Made by a program: the position numbers and the translations under genes. From Candidatus Micrarchaeia archaeon (GTDB lineage Archaea > Micrarchaeota > Micrarchaeia > Anstonellales > Bilamarchaeaceae), in the NCBI GenBank assembly GCA_041653635.1, contig JBAZFC010000001.1, positions 265,111 through 329,110 of the forward strand: 64,000 bases of DNA, in the 5' to 3' direction. Positions 1 to 7,659 of this stretch are shown here, piece by piece. The notes under the pieces are model-generated. The model saw nothing but the letters and a program-made list of their open reading frames with translations. It did no database searches and was not told the DNA's origin. The stretch's first letter is position 1; the number at the start of each line of letters is the position of its first letter.

Positions 1-1
1 T

Positions 2-667
2 GAAAAGGACAGGGTGGTGCTGGACGGCAACCACCGCATGACCGTATTGAAAGACATGGAATGCACGCACGCGGCGGTGCAGCCCGTCAATTATTCCGAC
101 CCAAAAATAGAGCTGGGCACATGGTATCCTGTTTCCAAGACATTTGAGATTGAGCAGTTCAGGAAGGCGGGCGTCAAGGTGGAGAAGGTGGATTTCAAGG
201 CGGGGATGGAGGCGCTTGATGCGTCAAAGGCGGCTTTTATGCTGGGCAGGAAGAACGGGGCTGGGAAGGAGGCGTGGTTGCTTTCCCCGGGCGAATATTC
301 CTCCATTGCATCCCTCCTTGAGGCGCAGAAAGCTGTGGTGGGTTCCACTGGAGTGAGCACGAATCCTGATGTGACTTATGTGGCGGACGATTTCGGGGAC
401 GTGGCGGAGAACAACGGGCTCGCGGTGCTCTACAGGAGGGCCTACACCAAAAAGGAGGTGGTGGAGAGGGCGAAGAGCGGGGTTCCTTTCCCTCCCAAAT
501 CTACCCGTCATCTTATCCCAAATAGGGTGGTACGCCTTAACATGAAGTTGGGATGGCTGTTTGAGAACAAGGATGAGGCGAGGCGGCTTATGCTGGAGAT
601 GCTCAAGAACAGGGTTTATTCGGGAAATGTGAGGAGATACCCGGAGCCGGTAATAGTAATCTATTGA
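2..667 (+). CDS. serK: SerK-like (ParB/sulfiredoxin-fold) L-serine kinase, 5'-truncated by the window
   Basis: Frame is open from position 2. Motifs VLDGNHR and PFPPKSTRH resemble archaeal SerK (DGHHR...PPKTTRH). Directly upstream of an aminotransferase and serA. Confidence 0.75.
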   Translation, partial: EKDRVVLDGNHRMTVLKDMECTHAAVQPVNYSDPKIELGTWYPVSKTFEIEQFRKAGVKVEKVDFKAGMEALDASKAAFMLGRKNGAGKEAWLLSPGEYSSIASLLEAQKAVVGSTGVSTNPDVTYVADDFGDVAENNGLAVLYRRAYTKKEVVERAKSGVPFPPKSTRHLIPNRVVRLNMKLGWLFENKDEARRLMLEMLKNRVYSGNVRRYPEPVIVIY

Positions 668-681
668 ATGGAGGTAATGAA

Positions 682-1749
682 ATGGGATTATTGTTTGCGC
701 CAGGGCCGGTCTATGTGCCGGAGGAGATAATGCTCGCGCAGGTGCAGGAGATGTACACGCACAGGAGCGCGCTTTTCAAGGCATTATACACGGATTTGTG
801 CACGCGGAGCCAGAAATACCTGAACGCGGAGGAGGCATACCTGCTCACGGGCTCCGGGACGCTGGGGATTGAGGCGTGCATAGCGAACTGCTGCCTCCCG
901 GATGAGAAGATGCTCGTGCTGAGCAACGGGAACTTCGGGGATTTGCTCGCGGAGACGGCGAAGGTCTATACGAATGTGGACAAGAAATCCATACCCGCGG
1001 GAAAGGGCTGGAACCTTGAGAAGGCGAAGGAGCACATAGATGCCTCGGATGCTACTGTTTTCGGGATGGTCTATAATGAAACGGGATATGGTGTGCGGAA
1101 CCACGCCAAGGAGATTTATCAGTATGCGAAGAAGAAGGGCATGCTCACGATAATGGATTCTGTGTCCGCGTGGCCCTCGTTGCCCATGGACATGAAGGAG
1201 TTCGGCGTGGATTTCTTCGCGACGGGGTGCCAGAAGGCGATTGGCGCGCCCCCGGGGGCTGCAATCCTTGGGCTGGGCAAGGAGGCGATTGCGAGGTTTG
1301 AGAAGAGGGAGAAAATCCCCTCCCATTATTGCAACCTGAACAGGCACAGGAAGGTCTACAAGGAGAAGGGGCAGAGCCCGAACACGCCCGCGATTACGGT
1401 GTTCTGGGCGATACAGAAGTGCTACGACATCATGGACAGGGACGGCGGGATTCCGGCATGGGTTGAGAAGCACAGGGTGATTTCGGAATACGTGCGGGGG
1501 AGGATTGTGGGCATGGGGTTGGAGCTGCTCCCGGAAAAGGGGTTTGAGTCCTGGTCCCTCACTGCCTTCAAGCACGCGAAAGCGGCGGACGTGAAGAAGA
1601 TGCTTCTTGAGAAGTATGGGATTACCATTGTAGGGTGCAAGGCGGAATACAAGGACAATGGATTGCGCATGGCGCACATGGGGCTCTTTGATAAGAAGAA
1701 TATTGAGATTGGGCTGGATGCGCTTGAGGGCGTAGTGAAGAAGATTTGA
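682..1749 (+). CDS. Class V PLP aminotransferase (serine-pyruvate/alanine-glyoxylate family; probable archaeal-type phosphoserine aminotransferase)
   Basis: FAPGP, HRS, GSGT, NETGYG, DSVS, GCQKA (PLP lysine), NTP and LRMAHMG motifs. SD GGAGGT at 670-675 favours ATG 682. Confidence 0.88.
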   Translation: MGLLFAPGPVYVPEEIMLAQVQEMYTHRSALFKALYTDLCTRSQKYLNAEEAYLLTGSGTLGIEACIANCCLPDEKMLVLSNGNFGDLLAETAKVYTNVDKKSIPAGKGWNLEKAKEHIDASDATVFGMVYNETGYGVRNHAKEIYQYAKKKGMLTIMDSVSAWPSLPMDMKEFGVDFFATGCQKAIGAPPGAAILGLGKEAIARFEKREKIPSHYCNLNRHRKVYKEKGQSPNTPAITVFWAIQKCYDIMDRDGGIPAWVEKHRVISEYVRGRIVGMGLELLPEKGFESWSLTAFKHAKAADVKKMLLEKYGITIVGCKAEYKDNGLRMAHMGLFDKKNIEIGLDALEGVVKKI

Positions 1750-1758
1750 GGGATTGGG

Positions 1759-2637
1759 ATGAAGATTGTCATTTCAGATGATTTGGACGCGGGCGCGGTT
1801 GAGCACATAAGGAAGGCGGGGGAGGTGGTGTATAAGCCCGCGGACCTTGATGCCGAACTAAAAGAGGCGGAAGTGCTTGTGGTGAGGAGCGCCACGAAAG
1901 TCACGAAGGAGTTTTTGGGTAAGGCGCCGAAGCTCAAAATAGTGTTCCGTGCCGGTGTAGGGGTTGATAACATAGACGTGGAGGCGTGCAAGGCACGGGG
2001 GGTTAAGGTGCAGAATACTCCCTCCGCTTCCACGAATGCGGTCGCGGAGATGGCGATTGGATGCGTCATCGGGCTCTTCAGGCAATTGGGAAGGGCGCAT
2101 CATTCCATGAAGACGGGGAAATGGGAGAAGAAATTGTTGATGGGGCACGAGGTGGAGGGGAAGACACTCGGTGTGATTGGATGCGGAAGGATTGGGTGCG
2201 CCGTCGCTACGAAGGCGCATGCGCTTGGAATGAAAGTGATTTCTTACAATCCGCCCCCCCGCATTGATTGCGCGGGAGTGAAGTATGTGGAGCTGGACGA
2301 ACTGCTTGCGCAGTCCGATGCGATTACAATACATGCGGCGCCAACGAAGGAGACGGAAAATATCATAAATGCGGGGACGATTGGGAAGATGAAGAAGGGC
2401 GCGTATGTAATCAATTTGGCGCGCGGGACGATGGTGGATGAGGAGGCGCTGTATTCCGCGCTTAAGGAAGGGCGGCTGGGCGGGGCTGCCCTGGATGTGT
2501 ATAAGGAGGAGCCGTACAAAGGGAAATTGCTTGAACTGGATAATGTGACATTCACTCCGCATATCGGGGGAAGCACATTTGAGGCGCAGGACAAGATCGG
2601 GGCGGTAATCGCCGAGGAGCTAAGAAAAGGGATTTAA
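1759..2637 (+). CDS. serA: D-3-phosphoglycerate dehydrogenase, short form without ACT domain
   Basis: VRSATKV, RAGVGVDNID, GCGRIG, INLARG, ALDVYKEEP and TPHIGGST motifs. Operon context. Confidence 0.85.
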   Translation: MKIVISDDLDAGAVEHIRKAGEVVYKPADLDAELKEAEVLVVRSATKVTKEFLGKAPKLKIVFRAGVGVDNIDVEACKARGVKVQNTPSASTNAVAEMAIGCVIGLFRQLGRAHHSMKTGKWEKKLLMGHEVEGKTLGVIGCGRIGCAVATKAHALGMKVISYNPPPRIDCAGVKYVELDELLAQSDAITIHAAPTKETENIINAGTIGKMKKGAYVINLARGTMVDEEALYSALKEGRLGGAALDVYKEEPYKGKLLELDNVTFTPHIGGSTFEAQDKIGAVIAEELRKGI

Positions 2638-2669
2638 GGGTTACAGGACAGTAAAGATGAGGGATTCAT

Positions 2670-2888
2670 ATGGCGAAAGTATTGCACATGAAGGACATAT
2701 GCATAGGGTGCGGGGCATGCGCGGCAGTTTGCCCGAAGTACTGGGAGATGAAGGGGGACGGGAAGTCCCACCTGAAGGGCGGAAAGAACACGAGCGGCGA
2801 GAACTTTGAGCTTGTGCTTCCTGCGGCTGAGTGCAACACGGAAGCCGCGGCATCCTGCCCGGTGAGCTGCATCAAGGTATCGAAGTGA
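2670..2888 (+). CDS. Monocluster ferredoxin
   Basis: CIGCGACAAVCP...AASCPVSCI; 72 aa. Confidence 0.9.
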   Translation: MAKVLHMKDICIGCGACAAVCPKYWEMKGDGKSHLKGGKNTSGENFELVLPAAECNTEAAASCPVSCIKVSK

Positions 2889-2893
2889 TTTAA

Positions 2894-3412
2894 TTGGGAA
2901 TCTACACCCGAACCGGGGACGCCGGGGAGACCACCACGCATGTGGGCAAGAGGGTGATGAAGGACGACGCGCTGGTGGAGGCGTACGGCTCGCTGGACGA
3001 GCTGAATTCATTTTTGGGGCTTGCAATTGCCTTTTCGCCGAGCAAGGGCACGCAGGCCGTCCTGAAAAGGGTGCAGAAGGAGATATTTGACATAGGGGCT
3101 TCCATTTTTTCCGGCGGGATTCCGGTGGGGGAGGCGGACGTAAAGACGCTGGAGAAGGACATAGATGTTGTGGAAGAGAGGCTGAAGCCGCTCAAGCATT
3201 TCATCGTTCCTGGAGGGACGAAGGAGGCGGCTCTGCTGCACTGTGCCCGGACGGTCTGCAGGAGGGCGGAGAGGCGCCTTGTTTCGGCGAAGGCGGATAA
3301 GATGCTGATTAAGTATCTGAATAGGTTGAGCGACCTGCTGTTTGTTTTGGCCCGGCTTGAGAACGCCAAGCAGGGGATGGGCGAGGAGATTTGGAAAAAA
3401 GGAAAAATCTAA
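2894..3412 (+). CDS. pduO: ATP:cob(I)alamin adenosyltransferase, PduO type (TTG start)
   Basis: IYTRTGDAGET, YGSLDELNS, ARTVCRRAER and YLNRLSDLLFVLAR signatures. Confidence 0.93.
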   Translation: MGIYTRTGDAGETTTHVGKRVMKDDALVEAYGSLDELNSFLGLAIAFSPSKGTQAVLKRVQKEIFDIGASIFSGGIPVGEADVKTLEKDIDVVEERLKPLKHFIVPGGTKEAALLHCARTVCRRAERRLVSAKADKMLIKYLNRLSDLLFVLARLENAKQGMGEEIWKKGKI

Positions 3413-4162
3413 TCATATCCTCAGCACGCCCCTCAGCAGGAGAGTGGTGGAATCCGGCCCCTCAAATGAGAATGTGTGCCTCACTTGTGCGCCGAGCCCC
3501 AGCTCGGAGGTGAACATGTAATCAATGGTTGCCTCCCCGCATACAGACCTTCTGCTCAGAACCCAGTCCCAGTAGGTCTCCGCCCTCAAATTATCCGTAA
3601 TGTTCATCCATAGGTACAGCGCAAGCTTTGTATTAAGGAAATCCGTTGCCTCTCCGTGGTTCTGGGTGCCAACCGAGAAGGAAAGGATCCTCAGCAACAG
3701 GTTTATGTCCTGGCTTATTGGCGGGATGAAAACCATCCCTGCGCGGAGCGAATCCTCACCTGGCTCTAGTTCATATTGAACGAGCGGGCCTAGCCAGCCG
3801 AACATGCGGTGCAGCCGGAATTCAGTATGGCCGAACTTCAATTCAGGTGAATCGGCCTCCGCTGCCAGCGCATTCACTATCCCGGTGGCGGCGATTCCAT
3901 AGGGCAGCCTGCCGCCCCCGCTCACCCTGAGGTTCATCCCGCTTGAATCATTCTGTATATTGTAGGAATATGCCGGGTAAAAGGTGAGCGACGCCTCCTC
4001 TGCGTGGGCTTTCCTGGGTGCGGAGAAGTATAGTGTGACGGCGGCTGCGGCTACCAGCACCCCAAGCTTTGCCCTCCTGAAAAAGTCCCTTGTGCGGCCC
4101 CATTTCTGCGTTGGCTGGGCGTGCGGTTCCTTGCATACATGCATATTTCTTGGATTGTACAT
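3413..4162 (-). CDS. Secreted hypothetical protein with about 12 amphipathic beta-strands (beta-barrel-like)
   Basis: Basic N-region, hydrophobic stretch and AHA|EE cleavage site, then alternating hydrophobic/polar strands ending LLLRGVLRI. Fills the gap between pduO and trmB. Confidence 0.7.
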   Translation of the reverse strand: MYNPRNMHVCKEPHAQPTQKWGRTRDFFRRAKLGVLVAAAAVTLYFSAPRKAHAEEASLTFYPAYSYNIQNDSSGMNLRVSGGGRLPYGIAATGIVNALAAEADSPELKFGHTEFRLHRMFGWLGPLVQYELEPGEDSLRAGMVFIPPISQDINLLLRILSFSVGTQNHGEATDFLNTKLALYLWMNITDNLRAETYWDWVLSRRSVCGEATIDYMFTSELGLGAQVRHTFSFEGPDSTTLLLRGVLRI

Positions 4163-4182
4163 GTAGTAGTTAGTTAAATGAT

Positions 4183-4226
4183 GTGGTATTTATTAACTTG
4201 TGGCATCTATACAATACCACTATAAA
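4183..4226. promoter_or_regulatory. 8-bp inverted repeat GTGGTATT-N22-AATACCAC abutting a TATAAA box; putative TrmB operator
   Basis: Arms at 4183-4190 and 4213-4220. TATAAA at 4221-4226 ends 21 nt before trmB ATG 4248. Confidence 0.5.
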
Positions 4227-4247
4227 GATTTGGAGCGTGGATTGCAT

Positions 4248-5012
4248 ATGAAGGTAGGGGAGTTATTCAGGGACGTCGGCTTCTCGGAAGGCGAGGGGAA
4301 GGTTTATGCGGCAATCCTTTCGCACAAGTCGCCCACGCTCCAGTCCATACACGAGGATACCGGGATAGAGAGGCGGAACGTATATGATATTGTAAATAAG
4401 CTCATCTCAAAGGGGCTGGCCACTTACTACATAGAAAACAAGAAGAAAATTTACCATATAACCCATCCGAACAAAATCCTCACCTACCTTGGTGAACAGG
4501 AAGAGGAGATTGAAAATTCCAAGAGGCTGGTGGGCGCGCAGCTCGGCGACCTTAACAAGATGTATGAGAGCAGCAAGGAAGAGATACACGCCGAATTGTA
4601 CCGGGGGAACGAGGGCGTGAAAACCCTGATGGAGGAGATGCTGGACTACAAAGACCATTACTTCATAGGCGGGAACCTAGGGGTGGTGAAATTCATCGGG
4701 GAGCTGTTCTGGACCAAGTGGAACAAGAAGAGGGAGGAAAAAAAGATCCGGTGGCATGACATAATAACCTGGCATAGCTTCGTAAGGGCGAATGACAGCA
4801 AGAGGCTTATGAAGATGAAATACTGCGAATACAAGTTCCTGCCCAAGGAGTTCTGGTCGCCGCACGTCATTTTCATATACGGGGACAAGGTCGCGAATGT
4901 GCTGTGGAGGGAGCAGAGCTTCGCATTCCAGATACAGAACGAGAGCATAATGAAGAGCTACTTGGATTATTTCAATTACCTTTGGAAAACGCTCCCGAAG
5001 CCTAATCCTTGA
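4248..5012 (+). CDS. TrmB-family transcriptional regulator
   Basis: GFSEGEGKVY...IERRNVYDIVNKLISKGL wHTH, coiled coil, YRGNEGVK, and a C-terminal PLD-like effector domain (IYGDKVA). Confidence 0.88.
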   Translation: MKVGELFRDVGFSEGEGKVYAAILSHKSPTLQSIHEDTGIERRNVYDIVNKLISKGLATYYIENKKKIYHITHPNKILTYLGEQEEEIENSKRLVGAQLGDLNKMYESSKEEIHAELYRGNEGVKTLMEEMLDYKDHYFIGGNLGVVKFIGELFWTKWNKKREEKKIRWHDIITWHSFVRANDSKRLMKMKYCEYKFLPKEFWSPHVIFIYGDKVANVLWREQSFAFQIQNESIMKSYLDYFNYLWKTLPKPNP

Positions 5013-5502
5013 GGAAAAGCTTCCTGTATTTATCAGATATTTTTACCATATTAGTTTTTCCGTATTTCTCGCTGGAAACTATTCCTCTTTTCTCCAACTT
5101 TGCGAGGACGCGGTGGGCCTTCACTTTCCCTATTCCCTCTATCCTTGAGACCTCGGACTGGGTAATCCTTCCGCCCTCTGAAACGAGCCTGCCCATTATT
5201 TTGGATTCGTCCTTGTCCATGAGGGAAACGGCGAGCGCCGCGTCTGCCTCCTTCTTCACGGGTGCGGTGCGCTCATAGAATAGATAATAGGCGACCGCGC
5301 CGAGGATTGCGCCCCCTCCTATGAAAACGGGTATGAGGGAGATTAGGGTGTTCAGCTCCTGCTCATGCTGGCATTGCCCGTCTATCGTGCAGACTTCGGA
5401 AACGCCCTGCTGCGCGAGTGACGGAACCGTGACTATGAGGATGATTATCAGGAGAACGCCCGAAATCCCCCCGAGGTATGCGAGATTTTTCGATATTGCC
5501 AT
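5002..5502 (-). CDS. Membrane-anchored winged-helix regulator with two TM helices and a C-x5-C-x-H loop
   Basis: Likely start MAISKN at 5502. TM1, loop VCTIDGQCQHE, TM2, then GRITQSEVSR...KAHRVLAKLEKRGIV...KYGKTNMV wHTH. Confidence 0.8.
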   Translation of the reverse strand: MAISKNLAYLGGISGVLLIIILIVTVPSLAQQGVSEVCTIDGQCQHEQELNTLISLIPVFIGGGAILGAVAYYLFYERTAPVKKEADAALAVSLMDKDESKIMGRLVSEGGRITQSEVSRIEGIGKVKAHRVLAKLEKRGIVSSEKYGKTNMVKISDKYRKLFLKD

Positions 5503-5542
5503 GTGTATAATGCTGTATAAGTGGTATAAATGCCTTTTGGGG

Positions 5543-5672
5543 TCAAACCGGGAAGCCCGGGAATGGCGGGTAGAATGTGGAAGGGCTTCACGGTTTGAAG
5601 GGGAGGGTGCAAAGGGGCTCAAGGTTTCACTTTTCTCCGAATTGGTTACAGCAATTGAAATGTATGGTTTCA
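5543..5672. promoter_or_regulatory. Putative operator region of the copper operon: 16-bp inverted repeat and phased GGTTWCA repeats
   Basis: TCAAACCGGGAAGCCC (5543-5558) vs GGGCTTCACGGTTTGA (5583-5598), 15/16 complementary. GGTTWCA at 5623, 5644 and 5666. TGAAA-N7-TTTCA at 5656-5672. Confidence 0.5.
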
Positions 5673-5730
5673 GCGTAAGAAACTATCGCCCAGGGTGGCT
5701 GGAAAGCTGCAATGGCGCGGAGTTGAGCAA

Positions 5731-6996
5731 GTGAAAACGGAAAAACTGAAAATCCGCGGGATGCACTGCACGTCCTGCGAAAAAAGGATTGAGGACGCGC
5801 TGAAAGGGGTGCAGGGTGTCGCGGGCGCGAAGGCCTCCTTTGCAAAGGGGGAGGTGGAGCTTCAGCTTGCGGACGGCGCGGACATCAAGAAAGTGGAGGA
5901 AGCTGTAAAGAAGGAAGGGTACTCCATAGGCGGAGGGGGGTGGTTCTGGGTAGTGATGGGGGTGGCGGCGATGTTTGCCGCCGCCTTCCTCCTGGAAAGC
6001 CTGGGAATCGGGATAGGGTTCCCTACGGTAGGAAGTGAAGTGGGTTATGCGGCATTGTTCATTTTGGGGCTGGCGACCGGATTCCACTGCATAGCGATGT
6101 GCGGGGGGTTCGTGCTCGGATATTCGTCCAAATCAGGGGCGGCAATAACCCCCCATATCTTGTACGGGGCGGGCAAGCTGCTCTCATATACATTCATAGG
6201 CGCGGTATTCGGATTGATTGGCTCGGCGATTGCATTTACTCCGGAGATGAGGGCAGGGGCTGCGCTGCTTGCAGGCATATTCCTTCTCTTGTACGGGCTG
6301 GGGATGCTTGGGATAAGCGGATTGGCTGGGATACGGTTTGGAATGCCGAAAATATTTGGGGACGCGATGGGGAAGCTGGGAGGGCGGGGGCCGCTCGTCA
6401 CAGGATTGCTGAACGGATTGATGATTGCGTGTGGTCCCCTTCAAGCGATGTACATATTCGCGGCTGGGACCGGGAGCGTAATGGCGGGGGGGACTGCGCT
6501 TTTCTTCTTCGGGCTGGGTACCTTGCCGGTGATGCTTGGGTTCGGGATAATCACGGCGAGGGCTGGCGGAAATGTGCCGGCAAGGTTTGCGTCCATTTCG
6601 GGATGGCTGGTGATATTCCTCGGGGTGCTTTTGCTGAACCAGGGGCTTACTCTTGCCGGGAGCGGGGTGGTGATCGGGACTGGTGGCGGCGGAGGGAACG
6701 CGACGATAGGGGGCGGAGGCGGGGCTCCTGCTTACCAGGAAATCCACATGAATGTAACATACTACGGGTTTGAGCCGAATGAATTCACGCTGAAGAAGGG
6801 AGTGCCGGTGAGGTGGGTGATAAACGGGGTGAGCATCACCTCCTGCAACAATCGGATAATAGTGCCGGCGTATGGATTGGAGTTTGACGTGCGGCGGGGG
6901 GAGCAGGTGATTGAATTCACTCCTACAGAAACTGGAGAGGTAAGATGGTCGTGCTGGATGGGGATGATACCCGGGAAATTTGTAGTTGTGGAATGA
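5731..6996 (+). CDS. HMA + DsbD_2 (TauE/SafE-like) membrane domain + cupredoxin-like protein
   Basis: GMHCTSC HMA motif, GFHCIAMCGG and ACGPLQ membrane motifs, C-terminal FEPNEFTLKKGVPVRW...WSCWMGM. Start uncertain (GTG 5695 or 5731). Confidence 0.88.
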   Translation: MKTEKLKIRGMHCTSCEKRIEDALKGVQGVAGAKASFAKGEVELQLADGADIKKVEEAVKKEGYSIGGGGWFWVVMGVAAMFAAAFLLESLGIGIGFPTVGSEVGYAALFILGLATGFHCIAMCGGFVLGYSSKSGAAITPHILYGAGKLLSYTFIGAVFGLIGSAIAFTPEMRAGAALLAGIFLLLYGLGMLGISGLAGIRFGMPKIFGDAMGKLGGRGPLVTGLLNGLMIACGPLQAMYIFAAGTGSVMAGGTALFFFGLGTLPVMLGFGIITARAGGNVPARFASISGWLVIFLGVLLLNQGLTLAGSGVVIGTGGGGGNATIGGGGGAPAYQEIHMNVTYYGFEPNEFTLKKGVPVRWVINGVSITSCNNRIIVPAYGLEFDVRRGEQVIEFTPTETGEVRWSCWMGMIPGKFVVVE

Positions 6997-7009
6997 TGAG
7001 GTGAAACAA

Positions 7010-7603
7010 ATGGAAAAAAGGACTTTGTTGGCGTTTGGGTTGATTGTGGGCATCGTGCTTGCCGCCATTGTTTATGCTGCGGCGGTGTTGCCGAAGCCGG
7101 TTTCGGCTGATGCGGGGGTTGGCGCATGCGGGGCAGGCGCTGCTGGCGGCTGCTATGCGAACAGCGGGGACGGCGCCGGGCTGGCGGCGGTGCCTGCGAC
7201 GTACGCCCCGGCAGCGGTCCCGAACCGCAGCAGGGAAGAACTGGAACTGCAGGCGGATGCGGGCGTGCGCACGGTGGAGCTGGGCTTTGACTGGGGCTCC
7301 GGGAATTATGACCCGCAGGAAATAAGGGTGCGCGTCGGGGACAGGGTGAGGATTGAGGCGGATACAAGCGAGCTGAGGGGATGCATGTCCACGCTCGTGA
7401 TAAACGGGATGGGCGTGAGCAAGAGGATTACTGTGGCGGACAACGTGCTGGAATTCACGGCGGGCGCGCCGGGGCAGTACCGGCTCACGTGCGGGATGGG
7501 CATGGGCAACGGATTGCTCATAGTCGAGGACCAGTACGGGAACGTTCCGGCTGGGGAGGCGGCTGCGCCGGCAAGAACCGGGGGGTGTGGATGTGGTGGA
7601 TAG
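7010..7603 (+). CDS. Membrane-anchored cupredoxin-domain (CupA-like) copper-binding protein
   Basis: N-terminal TM, YDPQEIRVRVGDRVRI, LRGCM, YRLTCGMGM and a GGCGCGG tail. SD GAGGTG upstream. Confidence 0.8.
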   Translation: MEKRTLLAFGLIVGIVLAAIVYAAAVLPKPVSADAGVGACGAGAAGGCYANSGDGAGLAAVPATYAPAAVPNRSREELELQADAGVRTVELGFDWGSGNYDPQEIRVRVGDRVRIEADTSELRGCMSTLVINGMGVSKRITVADNVLEFTAGAPGQYRLTCGMGMGNGLLIVEDQYGNVPAGEAAAPARTGGCGCGG

Positions 7604-7659
7604 GCGCAGTACGCTCTGGAACGGCGACAAAATAATAAACTGAAATACGAGGTGGAAAC

